Positions 15,001 to 27,077 of a DNA stretch of 64,000 nucleotides are shown here, piece by piece. The notes beneath the pieces are model-generated. The model was given only the letters and a program-made list of their open reading frames with translations. It ran no database searches and was not told the origin of the DNA. A program made the position numbers and the translations under genes. Position 1 is the first letter of the stretch. Every line of letters starts with the position of its first letter. This DNA comes from Squalus acanthias. Its lineage: Eukaryota. The stretch covers positions 106,642,001 to 106,706,000 of the forward strand of contig CM059432.1 of the NCBI GenBank assembly GCA_030390025.1, read 5' to 3'.

Positions 15001-18000
15001 AGGACCCTGTGATCACACGCAACCCGAGCCCAGGATCCTGTGTACACACACACCCCGAGCCCAGGTCCCTGTGTACACACACATCTCGAGACCCTGTCCA
15101 CACAATCACCGAGCCCAGGACCCTGTGTACACACACCCCGAACCCCAGACCCTGTGTACTAACAACCCGTGCCCAGGACCCTGTGTACACACACATCCCT
15201 TAGACCCGGACCCTGTGTATACACACCCCGAGCCCTGGACCCTGTGTACACACACATCGCCAAGCCCCGGATCCTGTGTACACAAACACCCTGTGCCCCG
15301 GACCCTGTGTACACAAACACCCTGTGCCCAGGAACCTGTGTACACACACACCCCGAGCCCAGGACCCTGTGTACACACACCCGGAGCCCCGGACCCTGTG
15401 TACACACACAGCCCGAGCCCCGGATCCTGTGTACACACACACCCCGAGCCCCAGACCCTGTGTACACACACACCCCGAGCCCAGGACACTGTGTACACAC
15501 ACACACACATAGCCCCGGACCCTGTGTACACAAACACCCTGTGCCCAGGAACCTGTGTACACACACACCCCGAGCCCCGGACCCTGTGTACACACACAAC
15601 GTCCGGGCCCAGGACCCTGTGTGCACAAACACCCTGACCCCCGAACCCAGGACCTGTGTACACACACATCTCGAGACCCTGTCCACACAATCACTGAGCC
15701 CAGGACCCTGAGCACACACACACACACACATAGCCCCGGACCCTGTGTACACAAACACCCTGTGCCCAGGAACCTGTGTACACACACATCTCGAGACCCT
15801 GTCCACACAATCACTGAGCCCAGGACCCTGAGCACACACACCCCGAGCCCAGGACCCTGTGTATACACACCCCGAGCCCAGGACCCTGTGTACACAAACA
15901 TCCCTGAGACCCGGACCCTGTGTATACACACCCCGAGCCCAGGATCCTGTGTACACACACCCCCCGAGCCCAGGTCCCTGTGTACACACACACCCCGAGC
16001 CCCGGACCCTGTGTACACACACCCCGAGCCCAGGACCCTGTGTACACACACACACAGAGCCCAGGACACTGTGTACACACACTCCCGGAATCCCGGATCC
16101 TGTGTACACAAACACCACCAGCCCCGGTGTACACACACACCCCAAGCCCAGGACCCTGTGATCACACGCAACCCGAGCCCAGGATCCTGTGTACACACAC
16201 CCCCCCCCCCCCGAGCCCCGGACCCTGTGTACAAACACCCCGAGCCCCGGACCCTGTGTATACACACCCCGAGCCCCGGACCCTGTGTATACACAGCCCG
16301 AACCCCGGACCCTGTGTACACACACACACACTGATCCCTGGACCCTGTGTACACACAGCCTGACCCCCGAACCCAGGACCTGTGTACACACACCCCGAAC
16401 CCCGGACCCTGTGCACAGACACCCCGAACCCCGGACCCTGTGTACACACACACACCCCGAGCCCAGGACCCTGAGCACACACACACCCCGAACACCGGAC
16501 CCTGTGTACACACACCCGAACCCCGGACCCTGTGTACACAAACACCGAGCCAGGACCCTGAGCACACACACACCCCGAGCCCCAGACCCTGTGTACACAC
16601 ACATCCCCGAGCCCCGGACCCTGTGTACAAACACCCCGAGCCCCGGACCCTGTGTATACACACCCCGAGCCCCGGACCCTGTGTATACACAGCCCGAACC
16701 CCGGACCCTGTGTACACACACACACACTGATCCCTGGACCCTGTGTACACACAGCCTGACCCCCCGAACCAGGACCTGTGTACACACACCCCGAACCCCG
16801 GACCCTGTGCACAGACACCCCGAACCCCGGACCCTGTGTACACACACACACCCCGAGCCCAGGACCCTGTGTACACACACACACCGAGCCCAGGATCCTG
16901 TGTACACACACACCCCGAGCCCCAGACCCTGTGTACACACACACCCCGAGCCCCGGACCCTGTGTACAAACACCCCGAGCCCCGGACCCTGTGTATACAC
17001 ACCCCGAGCCCCGGACCCTGTGTATACACACCCCGAACCCCGGACCCTGTGTACACACACACACACTGATCCCTGGACCCTGTGTACACACAGCCTGACC
17101 CCCGAACCCAGGACCTGTGTACACACACCCCGAACCCCGGACCCTGTGCACAGACACCCCGAACCCCGGACCCTGTGTACACACACACACCCCGAGCCCA
17201 GGACCCTGAGCACACACACACCCCGAACACCGGACCCTGTGTACACACACCCGAACCCCGGACCCTGTGTACACAAACACCGAGCCCAGGACCCTGAGCA
17301 CACACACACCCTGAGCCCCAGACCCTGTGTACACACACACCCCGAGCCCCGGACCCTGTGTACACACACCCCGAGCCCCGGACCCTGTGTATACACACCC
17401 CGAGCCCCGGACCCTGTGTATACACAGCCCGAACCCCGGACCCTGTGTACAAACACCCCGAGCCCCGGACCCTGTGTATACACACCCCGAGCCCCGGACC
17501 CTGTGTATACACAGCCCGAACCCCGGACCCTGTGTACACACACACACACTGATCCCTGGACCCTGTGTACACACAGCCTGACCCCCGAACCCAGGACCTG
17601 TGTACACACACCCCGAACCCCGGACCCTGTGCACAGACACCCCGAACCCCGGACCCTGTGTACACACACACACCCCGAGCCCAGGACCCTGTGTACACAC
17701 ACACACCGAGCCCAGGATCCTGTGTACACACACACCCCGAGCCCAGGTCCCTGTGTACACACACACCCCAAGCCCAGGACCCTGTGATCACACGCAACCC
17801 GAGCCCAGGTCCCTGTGTACACACAGCCTGACCCCTGAACCCAGGACCTGTGTACACACACACCCCAGAGTAATGGAACCTGTGTACACTCACATCCCCG
17901 AGCCCCGGACCCTGTGTACACACACATCCCCGAGACCCGGACCCTGTGTATACAAACCCCGAGCCCAGGACCCTGAGCACACACACACCCCAAGCCCAGG

Positions 18001-20467
18001 ACCCTGTGATCACACGCAACCCGAGCCCAGGTCCCTGTGTACACACAGCCTGACCCCCGAACCCAGGACCTGTGTACACACACACCCCAGAGTAATGGAA
18101 CCTGTGTACACTCACATCCCCGAGCCCCGGACCCTGTGTACACACACATCCCCGAGACCCGGACCCTGTGTATACAAACCCCGAGCCCAGGACCCTGAGC
18201 ACACACACCCTGAGCCCAGGACCCTGTGATCACACGCAACCCGAGCCCAGGATCCTGTGTACACACACACCCCGAGCCCAGGTCCCTGTGTACACACACA
18301 CCCCAAGCCCAGGACCCTGTGTACACACAGCCTGACCCCCGAACCCAGGACCTGTGTACACACACACCCCAGAGCAATGGAACCTGTGTACACTCACATC
18401 CCCGAGCCCCGGACCCTGTGTACACACACATCTCGAGACCCTGTCCACACAATCACCGAGCCCAGGACCCTGTGTACACACACCCCGAACCCCAGACCCT
18501 GTGTACTAACAACCCGTGCCCAGGACCCTGTGTACACACACATCCCTTAGACCCGGACCCTGTGTATACACACCCCGAGCCCAGGACCCTGTGTATACAC
18601 ACCCCGAGCCCAGGTCCCTGTGTACACACACAGCCCGAGCCCCGGACCCTGTGTACACACACCCCGAGCCCAGGACACTGTGTACACACACACACACATA
18701 GCCCCGGACCCTGTGTACACAAACAACCCGTGCCCAGGTCCCTGTGTACACACACAGCCCGAGCCCCGGACCCTGTGTACCGCCCACCCCGAGCCCAGGA
18801 CCCTGTGTACACACACCCCGAGCCCAGGACACTGTGTACACACACACACACATAGCCCCGGACCCTGTGTACACAAACACCCTGTGCCCAGGAACCTGTG
18901 TACACACACACCCCGAGCCCCGGACCCTGTGTGCACACACAACGTCCGGGCCCAGGACCCTGTGTGCACAAACACCCTGACCCCCGAACCCAGGACCTGT
19001 GTACACACACATCTCGAGACCCTGTCCACACAATCACTGAGCCCAGGACCCTGAGCACACACACACACACATAGCCCCGGACCCTGTGTACACAAACACC
19101 CTGTGCCCAGGAACCTGTGTACACACACATCTCGAGACCCTGTCCACACAATCACTGAGCCCAGGACCCTGAGCACACACACCCCGAGCCCAGGACCCTG
19201 TGTATACACACCCCGAGCCCAGGACCCTGTGTACACAAACATCCCTGAGACCCGGACCCTGTGTATACACACCCCGAGCCCAGGATCCTGTGTACACACC
19301 CCCCCCCCCCCCCGAGCCCAGGTCCCTGTGTACACACACATCCCCGAGACCCGGTCCCTGTGTACACAAACGCACTGTGCCCAGGACCCTGTGTACACAC
19401 ACACCCCGAGCCCCGGACCCTGTGTACACACACCCCGAGCCCAGGACCCTGTGTACACACACACACAGAGCCCAGGACACTGTGTACACACACTCCCGGA
19501 ATCCCGGATCCTGTGTACACAAACACCACCAGCCCCGGTGTACACACACACCCCAAGCCCAGGACCCTGTGATCACACGCAACCCGAGCCCAGGATCCTG
19601 TGTACACACACCCCCCCCCCCCCGAGCCCAGGTCCCTGTGTACACACACATCCCCGAGACCCGGTCCCTGTGTACACAAACGCACTGTGCCCAGGACCCT
19701 GTGTACACACACACCCCGAGCCCCGGACCCTGTGTACACACACCCCGAGCCCAGGACCCTGTGTACACACACACCCCAAGCCCAGGACCCTGTGTACACA
19801 CACACCCCGAGCCCCGGACCCTGTGTACACACACACCCCGAGCCCCGGACCCTGTGTACACACACCCCAAGCCCAGGACCCTGTGATCACACGCAACCCG
19901 AGCCCAGGACCCTGTGTACACACACACCCCGAGCCCAGGACCCTGTGTACACACACACCCCAAGCCCAGGACCCTGTGTACACACACACCCCGAGCCCCG
20001 GACTCTGTGTACACACACCCCGAGCCCAGGACCCTGTGTACACACACACACAGAGCCCAGGACACTGTGTACACACACTCCCGGAATCCCGGATCCTGTG
20101 TACACAAACACCACCAGCCCCGGTGTACACACACACCCCAAGCCCAGGACCCTGTGATCACACGCAACCCGAGCCCAGGACCCTGTGTACACACACACCC
20201 CGAGCCCAGGACCCTGTGTACACACACACCCCAAGCCCAGGACCCTGTGTACACACACACCCCGAGCCCCGGACTCTGTGTACACACACACACTCCGAAG
20301 CCCGGTGTACACACAGCCCGAGCCCCAGACCCTGTGTACACACACACACCCCGAGCCCCGGACTCTGTGTACACACACACACTCCGAAGCCCGGTGTACA
20401 CACAGCCCGAGCCCCAGACCCTGTGTACACACACACACCCCGAGCCCCGGACTCTGTGTGCACACAC
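1..20467. repeat. Satellite/minisatellite array, ~29-33 bp unit (consensus ~CCCCGAGCCCAGGACCCTGTGTACACACACA), with higher-order duplications
   Basis: Hundreds of consecutive copies of GAGCCC(A/C)GGACCCTGTGTACACAC with a variable (AC)n length. The array runs off the left edge of the window and ends abruptly at ~20,467. The ORF track here is only repeated PGPCVHT/TQGPGLGVCV peptides. Confidence 0.98.
4975..5174. other. Assembly gap (200 N) inside the satellite
   Basis: Run of 200 N. The round size suggests a placeholder, so the true array length is unknown. Confidence 0.99.
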
Positions 20468-20760
20468 TACTTCTGAAAAATGACGGTTGTGCGGAATGAC
20501 GCACTGCTCTCGAAGTGCTGTACGTGCTGACGTTGTGTGTGGACTCGCAGTCTGTGGCAGAGCCGGAGGGACAGGATCGGCGGGCGGAATCGGCAATCTG
20601 GGCCCCGCCGCTCCGCGCCGGGCAGGTAAGAGGTCCCGAGCGGGAGGAGGGACTGATGGTCCTGGTTCCATTCATACCAAGAGCCGGGGAAACCCTTATA
20701 CCGAGCGGCCAGGTGGCGCTTTCTGAGGCGCGGGGAAGGCGAGAGAGAGACCCCATCCCC
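20468..20760 (+). promoter_or_regulatory. CpG-rich unique island: candidate promoter and non-coding first exon ending at a splice donor (exon end 20,625)
   Basis: GC/CpG-rich non-repetitive segment. It has TGACG (CRE/ATF half-site) at 20481, 20497 and 20528, GC boxes GGGCGG (20582) and CCCCGCC (20603), and a near-consensus donor CAG|GTAAGA at 20625/20626. Confidence 0.6.
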
Positions 20761-20770
20761 CCCAGGACCC

Positions 20771-23470
20771 CCCAGTCCCCTCATTACCCCCCCCCCCAGT
20801 CCCCTCATTACCCCCCCCCAGTCCCCTCATTACCCCCCCCCCCCCAGTCCCCTCATTACCCCCCCCCCCCCAGTCCCCTCATTACCCCCCCAGTCCCCTC
20901 ATTACCCCCCCAGTCCCCTCATTACCCCCCCAGTCCCCTCATTACCCCCCCAGTCCCCTCATTACCCCCCCAGTCCCCTCATTACCCCCCCAGTCCCCCC
21001 ATTACCCCCCCAGTCCCCTCATTACCCCCCCAGTCCCCCCATTACCCCCCCAGTCCCCTCATTAACCCCCCAGTCCCCCTCATTACCCCCCCAGTCCCCT
21101 CATTACCCCCCCAGTCCCCTCATTACCCCCCCAGTCCCCTCATTACCCCCCCAGTCCCCTCATTACCCCCCCAGTCCCCTCATTACCCCCCCAGTCCCCT
21201 CATTACCCCCCCAGTCCCCTCATTACCCCCCCAGTCCCCTCATTACCCCCCCAGTCCCCTCATTACCCCCCCAGTCCCCTCATTACCCCCCCAGTCCCCT
21301 CATTACCCCCCCAGTCCCCTCATTACCCCCCCAGTCCCCTCATTACCCCCCCAGTCCCCTCATTACCCCCCCAGTCCCCTCATTACCCCCCCAGTCCCCT
21401 CATTACCCCCCCAGTCCCCTCATTACCCCCCCAGTCCCCTCATTACCCCCCCAGTCCCCTCATTACCCCCCCAGTCCCCTCATTACCCCCCCAGTCCCCT
21501 CATTACCCCCCCAGTCCCCTCATTACCCCCCCAGTCCCCTCATTACCCCCCCAGTCCCCTCATTACCCCCCCAGTCCCCTCATTCCCCCCCCAGTCCCCT
21601 CATTACCCCCCCCAGTCCCCTCATTCCCCCCCCAGTCCCCTCATTACCCCCCCCAGTCCCCTCATTCCCCCCCCAGTCCCCTCATTACCCCCCCCCAGTC
21701 CCCTCATTACCCCCCCCAGTCCCCTCATTCCCCCCCCAGTCCCCTCATTACCCCCCCAGTCCCCTCATTCCCCCCCCAGTCCCCTCATTCCCCCCCCCAG
21801 TCCCCTCATTCCCCCCCCCAGTCCCCTCATTACCCCCCCAGTCCCCTCATTACCCCCCCCAGTCCCCTCATTACCCCCCCAGTCCCCTCATTACCCCCCC
21901 AGTCCCCTCATTACCCCCCCAGTCCCCTCATTACCCCCCCAGTCCCCTCATTACCCCCCCAGTCCCCTCATTACCCCCCCAGTCCCCTCATTACCCCCCC
22001 AGTCCCCTCATTACCCCCCCAGTCCCCTCATTACCCCCCCAGTCCCCTCATTACCCCCCCAGTCCCCTCATTACCCCCCCAGTCCCCTCATTACCCCCCC
22101 AGTCCCCTCATTACCCCCCCCAGTCCCCTCATTACCCCCCCAGTCCCCTCATTACCCCCCCAGTCCCCTCATTACCCCCCCAGTCCCCTCATTACCCCCC
22201 CAGTCCCCTCATTACCCCCCCAGTCCCCTCATTACCCCCCCAGTCCCCTCATTACCCCCCCAGTCCCCTCATTACCCCCCCAGTCCCCTCATTACCCCCC
22301 CAGTCCCCTCATTACCCCCCCAGTCCCCTCATTACCCCCCCAGTCCCCTCATTACCCCCCCAGTCCCCTCATTACCCCCCCAGTCCCCTCATTACCCCCC
22401 CCAGTCCCCTCATTACCCCCCCAGTCCCCTCATTACCCCCCCAGTCCCCTCATTACCCCCCCAGTCCCCTCATTACCCCCCCAGTCCCCTCATTACCCCC
22501 CCAGTCCCCTCATTACCCCCCCAGTCCCCTCATTACCCCCCCAGTCCCCTCATTACCCCCCCCCGTCCCCTCATTACCCCCCCCCAGTCCCCTCATTACC
22601 CCCCCCATCCCCTCATTACCCCCCCCAGTCCCCTCATTACCCCCCCCAGTCCCCTCATTACCCCCCCCAGTCCCCTCATTACCCCCCCCAGTCCCCTCAT
22701 TACCCCCCCCAGTCCCCTCATTACCCCCCCCCAGTCCCCTCATTACCCCCCCCAGTCCCCTCATTACCCCCCCCAGTCCCCTCATTACCCCCCCCAGTCC
22801 CCTCATTACCCCCCCCAGTCCCCTCATTACCCCCCCCAGTCCCCTCATTACCCCCCCCAGTCCCCTCATTACCCCCCCCCAGTCCCCTCATTACCCCCCC
22901 CAGTCCCCTCATTACCCCCCCCCCAGTCCCCTCATTACCCCCCCCCAGTCCCCTCATTACCCCCCCCCCAGTCCCCTCATTACCCCCCCCCAGTCCCCTC
23001 ATTACCCCCCCCCAGTCCCCTCATTACCCCCCCCCAGTCCCCTCATTACCCCCCCCCCAGTCCCCTCATTACCCCCCCCCAGTCCCCTCATTACCCCCCC
23101 CCAGTCCCCTCATTACCCCCCCCCAGTCCCCTCATTACCCCCCCCCAGTCCCCTCATTACCCCCCCCAGTCCCCTCATTACCCCCCCAGTCCCCTCATTA
23201 CCCCCCCAGTCCCCTCATTACCCCCCCAGTCCCCTCATTACCCCCCCAGTCCCCTCATTACCCCCCCAGTCCCCTCATTACCCCCCCTCCCAGTCCCCTC
23301 ATTACCCCCCCCCCCAGTCCCCTCATTACCCCCCCCCCAGTCCCCTCATTACCCCCCCCCAGTCCCCTCATTACCCCCCCCCAGTCCCCTCATTACCCCC
23401 CCCCAGTCCCCTCATTACCCCCCCCCCAGTCCCCTCATTACCCCCCCCCATTCCCCTCATTACCCCCCCC
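20771..23470. repeat. 20-bp minisatellite (CAGTCCCCTCATTACCCCCC)n
   Basis: Over 100 near-identical units, varying mainly in C-run length. The 1051-aa Pro-rich ORF is a translation of this repeat. Confidence 0.98.
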
Positions 23471-23477
23471 CCCCCCA

Positions 23478-23660
23478 GGACCCCAGTCCCCGCAGGACCA
23501 CCCCTCCCCCAGTCCCCGCAGGACCACCCCTCCCCCAGTCCCCGCAGGACCACCCCTCCCCCAGTCCCCGCAGGACCACCCCTCCCCCAGTCCCCGCAGG
23601 ACCCCCAGTCCCCGCAGGACCCCCCTCCCCCAGTCCCCGCAGGACCCCCCCCCCCCCCCG
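23478..23660. repeat. 26-bp tandem repeat (CAGTCCCCGCAGGACCACCCCTCCCC), related to the adjacent 20-mer
   Basis: About 4 full and several partial units; shares CCCCAGTCCCC with the 20-bp array. Confidence 0.9.
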
Positions 23661-24004
23661 AAGAGTGTGACAGCCTTCCAAGAGAGAGACCCCATTGTAG
23701 GGAGGGAGGGAGATCCACCTACTGCACGATCACAGCCCCCCTACCCCACAGAGGGGAGAGAGAGAGAGAGAACCAAACTGTGTAGGGACTAAAATGTTAG
23801 GTTTGCTGAGAAGTGGTTTCTGTTCGCGCTGATGCCAAAGTTGCCAGGGATCAGTACAAGGAGCCCCCACTCGGGAGGCTGCCTCACACTGTTTGGGTTA
23901 CCATCTAATGGATTATAACTCCTGAGCAACATCAAACCTGGTTTAAAAAATTACTCCAAAGCCCTGCGTAAACCTGCCAGGAGTTGCTTTAAATGCTGCC
24001 GCCT

Positions 24005-24508
24005 GCATTTTCAGCAGCCAGGGGCATTCAGCCTCGGATCTGCGGGTAAGCGTTCTCCAAGGCGGCCTTCGGGATACACGACAGCGCAAAATCATAGAGC
24101 AGAAACTGATAGCCAAGTTCCGCACTCATGAGGATGGCCTCAATCGCGATATCGGGTTCATGTCACGATACAGAACGTGACTTGACATCATGGCCGGTCT
24201 TCCCAGGTGTTTGTTGTTTTTTTTTAAAAAGACTAACACAAGAACCAACACAAATTGACAGGATATGCAGCCAGCAGGTGGTTTGACACGTTGGACCCCC
24301 TGGGACACATCTCATTGTCTTGGCTGTGCTCTTAGTGTGTCTTTGATGTAGGGAAAGATTTGAATAGATTTTGTCTGTGTTTAAATTGTGAATTCTGGGA
24401 GATTCTCTCACTGCTCACCTACCTGAGGAAGGAGCGAAAAGCTCCGAAAGCTTGTAAAATTAAATAAATCTGTTGGACTATAACCTGGTGTTGTGCGACT
24501 TCTCATTT
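24005..24508 (+). mobile_element. Penelope-like element 3' fragment (C-terminus of GIY-YIG endonuclease plus 3' terminal region)
   Basis: 24009-24180 translates as FSSQGHSASDLRVSVLQGGLRDTRQRKIIEQKLIAKFRTHEDGLNRDIGFMSRYRT*, matching the H-S..DL.V....R...E...I....T...GLN.D.GF pattern of vertebrate Penelope-like elements. It is followed by the terminal module also seen at 26.9 kb. Confidence 0.85.
24418..24456 (+). ncRNA. Hammerhead-ribozyme-like motif in the Penelope terminus
   Basis: CTGAGGA (24423-29), A, GGAGC/gaaaa/GCTCC hairpin (24431-45), GAAA (24446-49), then palindromic AAGCTT. It is atypical in having an extra A and UUG at the expected NUH position. Confidence 0.6.
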
Positions 24509-25277
24509 TAAACAAGTTAGAGGGGGACAGAGTCAACACAGCCCTCCAGGTGGGAAGGTGACAGACTGAGGCAACCAATGAGGCAGTGGCTGATTTCCCC
24601 TCTGTGGGTAAAAACATTTTCTGTGTCAGGTTAGAGAGATTCAAGTGTCCTCCTTAGTATGTGCTCTGGGATGAGTCCTGTGGAGTCAGACTTCAGTATC
24701 ATTCCCCTAAGAGACAACCTTGGCTTTGAGAATGCATTGTAGAGAAGCAATTTTGAACATGGGTAATCTTGCTATTGTGTACAAACCATTTTGAACAGGA
24801 GTCCAAGAAGTAAGAAACTGCATAGCAAGGCTGGGTGTGAGGTCTTGCAAAGTAAATAATGTGTAGTTAATTACCATGAAGCAGTGTTTGTTTATATTGT
24901 CTTACTGATGAAGTTCACAGCAAGATTTCCTAAAATCAGTGACTCAGTGTACTATTTTGAGTTTAAATAGATAAAATAATTCACTCATGATGTAACATTG
25001 GCTGGAGATGAGACAATTTTATTTTTGAAGCATTCAAGTTTGATCATTGTTTGCCAAATGTCCCTCTGTTCTGAGTGAATAATGCTTTATGGTTTTGCCT
25101 GATCATAACCAGAACTTGTTTGTGAACTTAAAGTAAATTCTTGCCATATTGGATGTAACACATTGGGAAAGGATGGAAACAGGTTTGGCAAGGACACATT
25201 GTTGTTGCAATTTCTATTTACCACAGGAAGCAAACCCATCCAGAGTGAAGTGAAAGAGGCTAATACTTACCCAGAGT

Positions 25278-25675
25278 ACAACAACTTGTATTTATGTAGA
25301 GCCTTTAACATTGAAAAGTCTCCCAAAGAGTTGCAAGGACAACAATGGATGCTAAGCGAAAAGGAGAGATTGGGAGGAGTGACCAGAAGCTTGGCCAACG
25401 TGGTGGCTTTTAAGAGGGTCTTAAAAGACTCGAGGCAGGTAGAGAGCCGGTGGAGTTTCGGGAGGATATTTGGGTGTGGGCTTTAGCGGCTGAAGACACA
25501 GCCACCAACGGGCAGGCAAAGGGAAGGGGGAATGCACAAGAGTCTGGAGTTCGAAAAATAGCAAGTTGTGGGGGAGGGGTGGGTTTGTAGCACTAGAGAT
25601 GGTTACAGACACCAGGACAGACCATGGAGGGGTTTACAGATAAGATGAGAATTTAAAATCTGAGGTGTTAGGTAC
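25278..25675 (-). mobile_element. Degenerate L2-type LINE 3' fragment
   Basis: Begins with ACAACAACTTGTATTTATGTAGAGCCTTTAAC, the reverse complement of an L2-type 3' tail similar to the SINE tails in this window, followed by purine-rich decayed sequence. Confidence 0.55.
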
Positions 25676-26162
25676 CAACTCAAAGCAATTTGCTTCTTCC
25701 ATTAGCAAATCTTTTTATCAGGCTCTCCACAAATGAAAGCCAAAATAACATCAGTGGCTTTAAGGGAAGTTTCCCAAATGAATTTTATGGGCAGTTTGTG
25801 TTCTTGTTGCTGTATCTCATTCACATAAAATGTGTGCAATTTAATCTGAAGTTATATCGCACTGTGAACTCGGCTTGAGAGGGTGTCTCGCACTTCATGG
25901 CTTTAGTGTACTCAGTGGTCTTCTGAGTATTAATGGGACTTTTATATTGAGTTACACCCAAAAGAACTTTGTACTGCTGCGAAAGTGGCAGTTTAACTAC
26001 TTAACCTTAGTAAGAGTTTGGAGAGCTTTAAATAGTCACCTATAATTAACAGTTAAAGTAAAGAAGACTGCTCGCCAACTCCAAGAACTTAGTACTGCAT
26101 TGAATGTTTCTGCAGCATTGTTGCTGGCCACGAAGGAGTTCAATTAAACCTTGTGTTCGGTA

Positions 26163-26455
26163 TTTTTAAAATTCATTCTTGGGATATGGACCTCGCTGGC
26201 AAGGCTGGCAGTTTATTGCCCATCCCTCGTTGCATTTGAGAAGGTGGTGGTGAGCCGCCGCCTTGAACCGTTACAGTCTGTGTGGTGAAGGTACTCTCTC
26301 AATACCGATAGGGAGGGAGTTCCAGGATTTTGACCCAGCGACCATGAAGGAACGGCAGTATATTTCCAAATCAAGGATGATATGTGACTAGGAGGTGAAC
26401 TTGGCAGTGGTGGTGTTCCCATGCATCCGCTGCCCTTGTCCTTCCAGGTGGTAGA
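26163..26455 (-). mobile_element. 3' end of LINE family also present at 53.1-56.5 kb
   Basis: Close match to 53130-53270 (GCTGGCAAGG...TTATTGCCCATCCCT...TTGAGAAGGTGGTGGTGAGCCGCC..CTTGAACCG). Confidence 0.8.
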
Positions 26456-26661
26456 TCTTTGGATTAAGATATTGTGAACGTTCTGAAGTATTCATGCAAT
26501 ATTTGAAGTCTTTGCATGCATAAAATTTGCACTGAGGTGATGTATTTAGCAAATCCTCTTCAAGGTTGCTTTATTTATGCAGATCGGGAACATTCTGGCC
26601 TTAAATGGGACATCCGACAGAAGTAATAGTCGTCTTATGAAATAAAATAATACTTTGTATG

Positions 26662-26857
26662 TGCCCTTACCTTGCGTAACAACCTTTTTATGTGGTACCT
26701 TATCAAATGCCTTTTGAAAATACAAATATACTACATCCACTGGTTCCCCTTTATCTACATCTACCCTGCTCGTTACATCCTCAAAAAACTCTAGTAAATT
26801 TGTCAAACACGAATTCCCTTTCATAAAACCACGTTGACTCTGCCGAATCATATTATG
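26662..26857 (-). mobile_element. CR1 reverse-transcriptase fragment
   Basis: Translates as IRQSQRGFMKGNSCLTNLLEFFEDVTSRV..KGEPVDVVYLYFQKAFDKVPH. Confidence 0.93.
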
Positions 26858-27077
26858 AGAAGTCGCACAACACCAGGTTATAGTCCAACAGATTTATTTA
26901 AAATTACAAGCTTTCAAGCTGTCGCCCCTTCTTCAGGTAGGGTAGCTACCCTACCTGAAGAAGGGGCGACAGCTCCGAAAGCTTGTAATTTTAAATAAAT
27001 CTGTTGGACTATAACCTGGTGTTGTGCGACTTCTCATTTTTGTCCACCCCAGTCCAACGCCGGCATCTCCACATCAT
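26855..27077. mobile_element. Penelope-like terminal-repeat insertion arranged as a 183-bp palindrome, flanked by a 12-bp direct repeat
   Basis: Arms 26855-26945 and 26946-27037 are reverse complements except at one site (centre GGTAG|CTACC). The right arm matches 24418-24508. AATCATATTATG occurs at 26846-26857 and 27078-27089. Confidence 0.85.

Noticed and set aside
1..20467. CRISPR-like regular ~30-bp repeats with a palindromic core
   Set aside because: The units are contiguous with no unique spacers, there are no cas genes, and the context is vertebrate.
60..20756. Many long ORFs (up to 1097 aa) rich in Cys/His/Pro/Thr on both strands
   Set aside because: They are translations of a stop-poor satellite that is open in most frames at once, with no domain structure or splice signals.
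20771..23470. Possible telomeric repeat (TTACCCC resembles TAACCC)
   Set aside because: The unit is 20 bp and contains no (TTAGGG)n/(CCCTAA)n run.
20515..23670. 1051-aa extensin-like Pro-rich ORF
   Set aside because: It is the three-frame cycling translation of a 20-bp minisatellite, and it reads through a strong splice donor at 20626.
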